Program-made: the position numbers and the translations under genes | From: Octopus bimaculoides | Lineage: Eukaryota | DNA: 64,000 nt | Direction of reading: 5' to 3' | Assembly: GCF_001194135.2 (NCBI RefSeq) | Contig: NC_068999.1 | Location: 49,157,381-49,221,380 of the forward strand | Part shown: one piece after another, positions 58,428-64,000 of the stretch | How the letters are laid out: each line of letters opens with the position of its first letter | Position numbering within the stretch: position 1 is the stretch's first letter | The notes under the pieces: model-generated | Database searches by the model: none | The model's input: only the letters and a program-made list of their open reading frames with translations | Told to the model about the DNA's origin: nothing

Positions 58428-60976
58428 CATACACACATGTACATATGTATGTGTGTGTATATATATATATGTGTGTGTGTGTATATGTCTATGTATCATA
58501 TATATATCAAATCATTGTCATCATTTTACATTTGTTTTCTGTGGGTTGTCACAATCCAAATCATCGCTTATTCGAGGTTAGTACTTACTCAGATGTGGTG
58601 GAGGCCCACTTGTTTCTTTCAAAACTACTGCAGATCCTCTGTCATTCAGGTTTCACTGCCATACAATGTCATTACTCCTATTCATTCTCTCCGAGACAGA
58701 GAGAGAGAGAGAGAGTTGGGGTGGTGGCAGAGAGAGAAAAAGAGAAAGGTTGGGGAGACACTTTATTGTTAATAAATGTAGCAGTTAGCTTTAGCAGTTA
58801 ACACTAGTTAATGATAGTATAATGGCTTATTGGTTAAAACTTAGCTTGCCACTGTGTTATTCTGGTATTCGCTCTGTGCAGCCAAGCTTGCTGTACCAGA
58901 TGTATTGCTATGCTTTTTCTATATAGTATCTTTTTTTTCATATATGAAAACAGCTGAAATAATTAGTGCAATGTGGTTTACTTTCAGAGTATAGTTTAAG
59001 GCCGGAAATGAACTCTTGGGTTTATGATACAGTTCTATCAATGAGCTGGTGTGTGTTGTTGTTTAATAACCCCGTGCTTCATGTTTCATTTGGGACCAGC
59101 CCTGAATTTATAGACTTATAATCAAAATTTACAGATTTATAATAATTTATAGACTTATAATCAAAGGTGTGCCAGATATGATCACCTTCATTTAAAATTA
59201 CATCTCGTAATGTGTCCTTATACTTTTAAAGTGGTAGATGTAGTCTGAGGGAGGTTGGGCTGCATTTTCCAGACCGTCAAGCTAGCATATGTTTTTGTGT
59301 GTGTGTACAGAACATCAACCCCATCAGCTTTGTCATTTAATGTGTTTTTACTGTGTCAACATGGCTTAGGTGAGTCTGCTGTAAATTGTATCTTCACTTA
59401 TTGTAACCCTTTGTCATTTCATGTATAAACCTTGGTGTTTTGAGATATATAATCACACACTGCCTCACTCTCTGTGTTCTCCTTAGCATTCTTGTGCTGC
59501 AAACTACTTCTGCTGTCAGTGCTCAGCACATACATACATACATGCATATATGCATGCATCCATCCATACATACAACACTAATATAAATACCAATAGCCAT
59601 ACCTTTGTACAAATAAATACATGCATACCCATTCACAAGCTGTATCTGTCTGTGGCTGTGTGGTAAGAAGCTTGCTTCCCAACCACATAGTCCCAGCTTC
59701 AGTGCTACTGTGTGGCACGTTGAGCAAGTGTCTTCTACTATAGCACTGGACTGACCAAAGCCTTGTGAGTGGATTTGGTATACAGGAACTGAAAAAAATC
59801 CCATTTTGTGTGTGTGTGAGAGAGAGTATGTATATATATTTCTAATGTATGTGTGTATGTGTCTCTTTGTTTTCATGTTGTGTGATAGTTGTAAAATAAT
59901 CAAAATAACTTTGAGTCTCATTCGTTTTTGATATTCTGTGAGAACATGTCTAGACATGGGGAAATATCACCTTGTTTTGAAACAGGTGAAGGTTAGCAAC
60001 AGGAAGGGCACCTGGCAGTGGAAAATCTGCCCCCAATACACTCCATCCAACCCATGCAAGATTCATTCAGTTTCTGCCTATCAGACTCACTAAACAAGGC
60101 ATTAGTTACTCCAACTATAGTAAGAAGCTTTTGCTCAAGGTGCCATACTTCCTTTTTCGCTCCACTATTAGAATATTTTCCCTTCTTTCCTTGAACTATA
60201 CCCTTTGGAACCCTTGCTTTTGAACTGAGTTATAACCAAGCTGGCCACGGGGCCATTTCAACTCAACAACATATTCTTTTTTTTAATATCTGTGTTGATT
60301 TTTTTTTTTTTTGCTCAATAATAGGAAGTGTCTATACAACCTGACACAGAAAGTTTTAACCTGCTGCTGTTAACTCTAATGATTTGTGTGTATGTGTGTA
60401 TATATATATATATATGTGTGTGTGTATATATATATGTGTGTCCGTGTGGTGTGTATATTTCAGTGACTGACAGGCAGGGCTGGACTGGCCTAGTTTAAAG
60501 GCTCTCCCTTACCTCCCTTACATTATTGTTTGGATGTGAGTAAGCTATGTAACCTCCTTTATTTTATTTTACTTTGGTTATTTGTGTGTGTGTGTGTGTG
60601 TACGTGTGTGTACGTGTTTGTGGAACAAATTAGTGACTGGCGCATACTATATATTTATTACTACTGCTGTTGTTATTGCTGTTGCCAGTACAATTGAGAT
60701 TGTTCCACCACTACCACCACCACCACCACCACAATAACATCGAGGAGGTTTTGTTTTATATCCCGCTTTTATTCGTTTAATAAAAAAAAAAAAAAAAAAN
60801 NNNNNNNNNNNNNNNNNNNNNNNNNNNNNNNNNNNNNNNNNNNNNNNNNNNNNNNNNNNNNNNNNNNNNNNNNNNNNNNNNNNNNNNNNNNNNNNNNNNN
60901 NNNNNNNNNNNNNNNNNNNNNNNNNNNNNNNNNNNNNNNNNNNNNNNNNNNNNNNNNNNNNNNNNNNNNNNNNNNN

Positions 60977-61048
<72 letters not shown>

Positions 61049-61831
61049 TCAAGTGTTTATGTTTCGTCGTTCTGTTTGAATTTGGCAAAATAGTTGCAAG
61101 AAATAATAATAATATCCTTATATCAATACTTATAGACACATGGACAAAGCTAACACCAGGAGACAGACGTGTGGACATGTGTACAAACACACTGAGACAC
61201 AAATGGTGACATACATATGGAAAGACACATACACACACACACACATGTGTACAATCACACACACACACTCAGGGAAATACACAAAACAAAACCCAGACAT
61301 ACACACACTCTCATATTGATACAGATTATTCAATGATATGCACACTCACGCACACACACATGCACGTGTTCACAGACATACATATGCACACTTAATCTAT
61401 GTTTGTAATTTGTCTGTCTCAGTTCAGTCACACCAATTATCATGTATGCTATTGCCTAAAGCTGCATATAACACACCAACTAAATTCATTCAGTAAATGA
61501 AAGCCAAAATTTAAATGCCAAATGTAATGCTTATTTTATTCACATTGTTTTGAATTATTCATGCATTATTAGAACGATATTGTAGGGTTGGTGTGAGAGG
61601 GCAGATCTAGCCAGTTTGAACATAAAACAGGTAGAATATTTGGGCCAGACATGGCTGGTTTAAATGCTAAAAGGTTTTAAGACATTGGGATTAAAATTTC
61701 AAAAGTTTTGACAATGAAAGTCACTAGTGTAGCATTGTTTCACATGCCTTGACAGGGGAAGGACATAGACTTCACTAAAAACTTTGAAGAACAGTAAATA
61801 TAACATTATATATATACATATATATATATAT

Positions 61832-61909
<78 letters not shown>

Positions 61910-62702
61910 TATCTTAAAGCAATCTTTCAGAGCCTGAAAGATTGCTTTAAGATACATGGCATATTTTGTAAATATGCCTGTTCAAGTATCATAAAAGCAT
62001 AAAACTATTAGTAACTCTTTTGGTTGTGTATTAAGTTTATATTTATCTTTCTCTTTTACTGGATGGAGTACTTGTTTTGTTGATTCTACTTCTATCGGAT
62101 CTATAAACTATATATATATATCTAAATGCCACAGAGCTATGCCATTGAGTATATGAAAGCATATTGTGTTTCTTTATATAGCCGATAGCAAACTGTTTTT
62201 GGTGCAGAATTACTAAAGTGTAGATCAGTTAATATCGTAGCATTTTGTTTTGATCTTTCCATTCTGAGTTCAAATTCTAGCCTGGTCTGTTTTCTCCTTT
62301 CATCCTTCTGAGATTGGTAGAATAAATATTGGGTGTGGGGGTCTTGATATAATTGACTATAACCTAAAAATTAATGCACCAGCTTGGCCGTGTACCAGTG
62401 GTTGAAATCAGCAAATAAGTGTAAAAGAGATTACTCCAAATACATTTATATATGCTTCAGACCTCTTTTACTTGTTTCAGTCATTGGACTGCAGCCATGC
62501 TGGGGCACTGTCTTAGTTGAACAAATTGACCCTAGTATTTAACTTTTAAATCTGATACTTATTCTGTCGATCTCTTTCGCTGAAGCGCTATGTTATGGGG
62601 ACATAAGCAAACTAATCCCAGTCATTAAACAATGGGTGGGTGACAAATTTCACTCACAAGTATTAGTATAGACATTCTGAACCCTTAAATTATACTTCAA
62701 AA

Positions 62703-62733
<31 letters not shown>

Positions 62734-62763
62734 ATCTATCTGTCTATCTATCTATCTATCTAT
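62703..62763. repeat. (TCTA)n tetranucleotide microsatellite
   Basis: Direct reading of the sequence. Confidence 0.9.
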
Positions 62764-64000
62764 GTATTAAATATATATTTAAAAATTTGCTCTGCACCTG
62801 GCTACCTTTTCCTGTGCACCAATATACTGTGGCCTACTTACTATATGAGAACTACTGCTCTAATTTAGTTGGTTAGTCTGCTAGAAATAGCAGTCAAGTC
62901 TCCCTCTAATCACACCATCCTTGTTAAAAGAAGCAACAACAAAAATTGCACCGTACAATGTATTTCTCACTATACCAAAAAAAAAAAAAAAAAAGGAGGT
63001 AGTCATATCTGAAACACTTTTGATCATAAGTCTTATACTCAATCAGGTTAACCCAGGGCTAAACAGCAACTGCACTTGACAGGTGTTCACCTGCTGGTTT
63101 CACCATATTTCATTCAGAGAGAGGGAGTTTGTGCATTTAGTTGGAATCATTTGGTGCTATTTCTTTGCTTCATGTTGTCTGGTATGTTTGTTGTGTATTG
63201 AAAAATGTCGACTCTTTTTTGCTAATCTTTTTTCTTAACAATATTTCTGATGAAACACACTGCTTTTGTTTCAATTAATTTTTGCTCATAATGAAGAATT
63301 AATTAAAATTAATTTTGTCGTTATTAAGCTGGTGTTTGGAATATAAATTAGCACGAAATTTTGTTGAGATCACCTTAACCCTTTTTTATTACTCCGTTTC
63401 TGTCAAAATACATTCCTTTCATTTCAGTTAATTTTGCAAGAATTTATTAAAATAACTTTGTCAATATTAAGCTGGCGGTTTATAACATCTAATTTAACAC
63501 AAAATTTTATAAAGAGGCTTTAATTTAGGTCATTTTAAAACAGGAAGCTTGTGCTACAGAACCAGGGTCTGTCTCAGGTGGGTTGGTGTGGAAAGAGTTA
63601 AACCAGTGGTGATCTCATCATACACACATGCATTGTTATTTTTTTTTTTTTAAAAAGAGAGGATTTAAAATATTTCAGTTGAAATTTTATTTATATATTT
63701 TTTCAAATAATTGCAATACACATTCTTTCTTTTCATCCTTTTTGACTTTGAAAGAAGTAAAAGCAAAAAAAAACAAAAAAAAAACTGAAATATTCTGGTA
63801 ACCCCATGAGGTTGTGTAAACTATATTTAGTTAGTCCAATGAAGTTTTTTTCTAGATTTATTTGTAAATGTGTGCGTTTGTGTGTGGGTGAAACGGTGGC
63901 AGTGATGGTGGTGGTGATTGCATTAAAGTAAAATGCAATACTATATGGTATTTACTTTCATTCCCCTCTTTCAATTGTTTTGGTGTCAGCTTTACTTTAT

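Noticed and set aside
1-64000. CRISPR arrays, rRNA, intact transposase/RT ORFs, prokaryotic or horizontally acquired genes, snoRNAs
   Set aside because: None seen. The only long ORF is the RSF1 giant exon, all TE coding remnants are frameshifted, and no convincing C/D or H/ACA box pairs were found by eye.

Overview
AT-rich, microsatellite- and SINE-dense animal genomic DNA from a gapped short-read-type scaffold. The repeat families match my recollection of Octopus (coleoid cephalopod) tRNA-derived SINEs; I cannot fix the species. The main gene is an RSF1 (remodeling and spacing factor 1) orthologue on the + strand. I reconstructed 12 phase-consistent GT-AG coding exons from ATG 20709 to 57842, and the gene continues past the window. 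They encode the N-terminal DDT/WHIM region, a 3947-nt K/E/S-rich giant exon, an acidic/basic segment, a PHD finger partly hidden by an N-gap, and the post-PHD coiled coil. That is about 1780 codons in the window if the gap-hidden exon is about 105 nt. Introns hold several SINE families, RTE-LINE fragments and small DNA-transposon derivatives (hAT-like, mariner-like, TTAA/piggyBac-like), several nested with readable target-site duplications. I found no clearly new biological system. The best leads are (i) a possible divergent spliced transcript upstream of RSF1 lying in a CpG-depleted block, (ii) short linear motifs in RSF1 (PIDLS, SUMO/SIM-like, LRRSxR), (iii) TTAA-directed self-nesting MITEs that make a long intronic hairpin, and (iv) a pre-miRNA-sized hairpin in intron 12. 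Repeat boundaries are approximate unless TSDs are quoted. Comparisons with human RSF1 are from memory and need checking.
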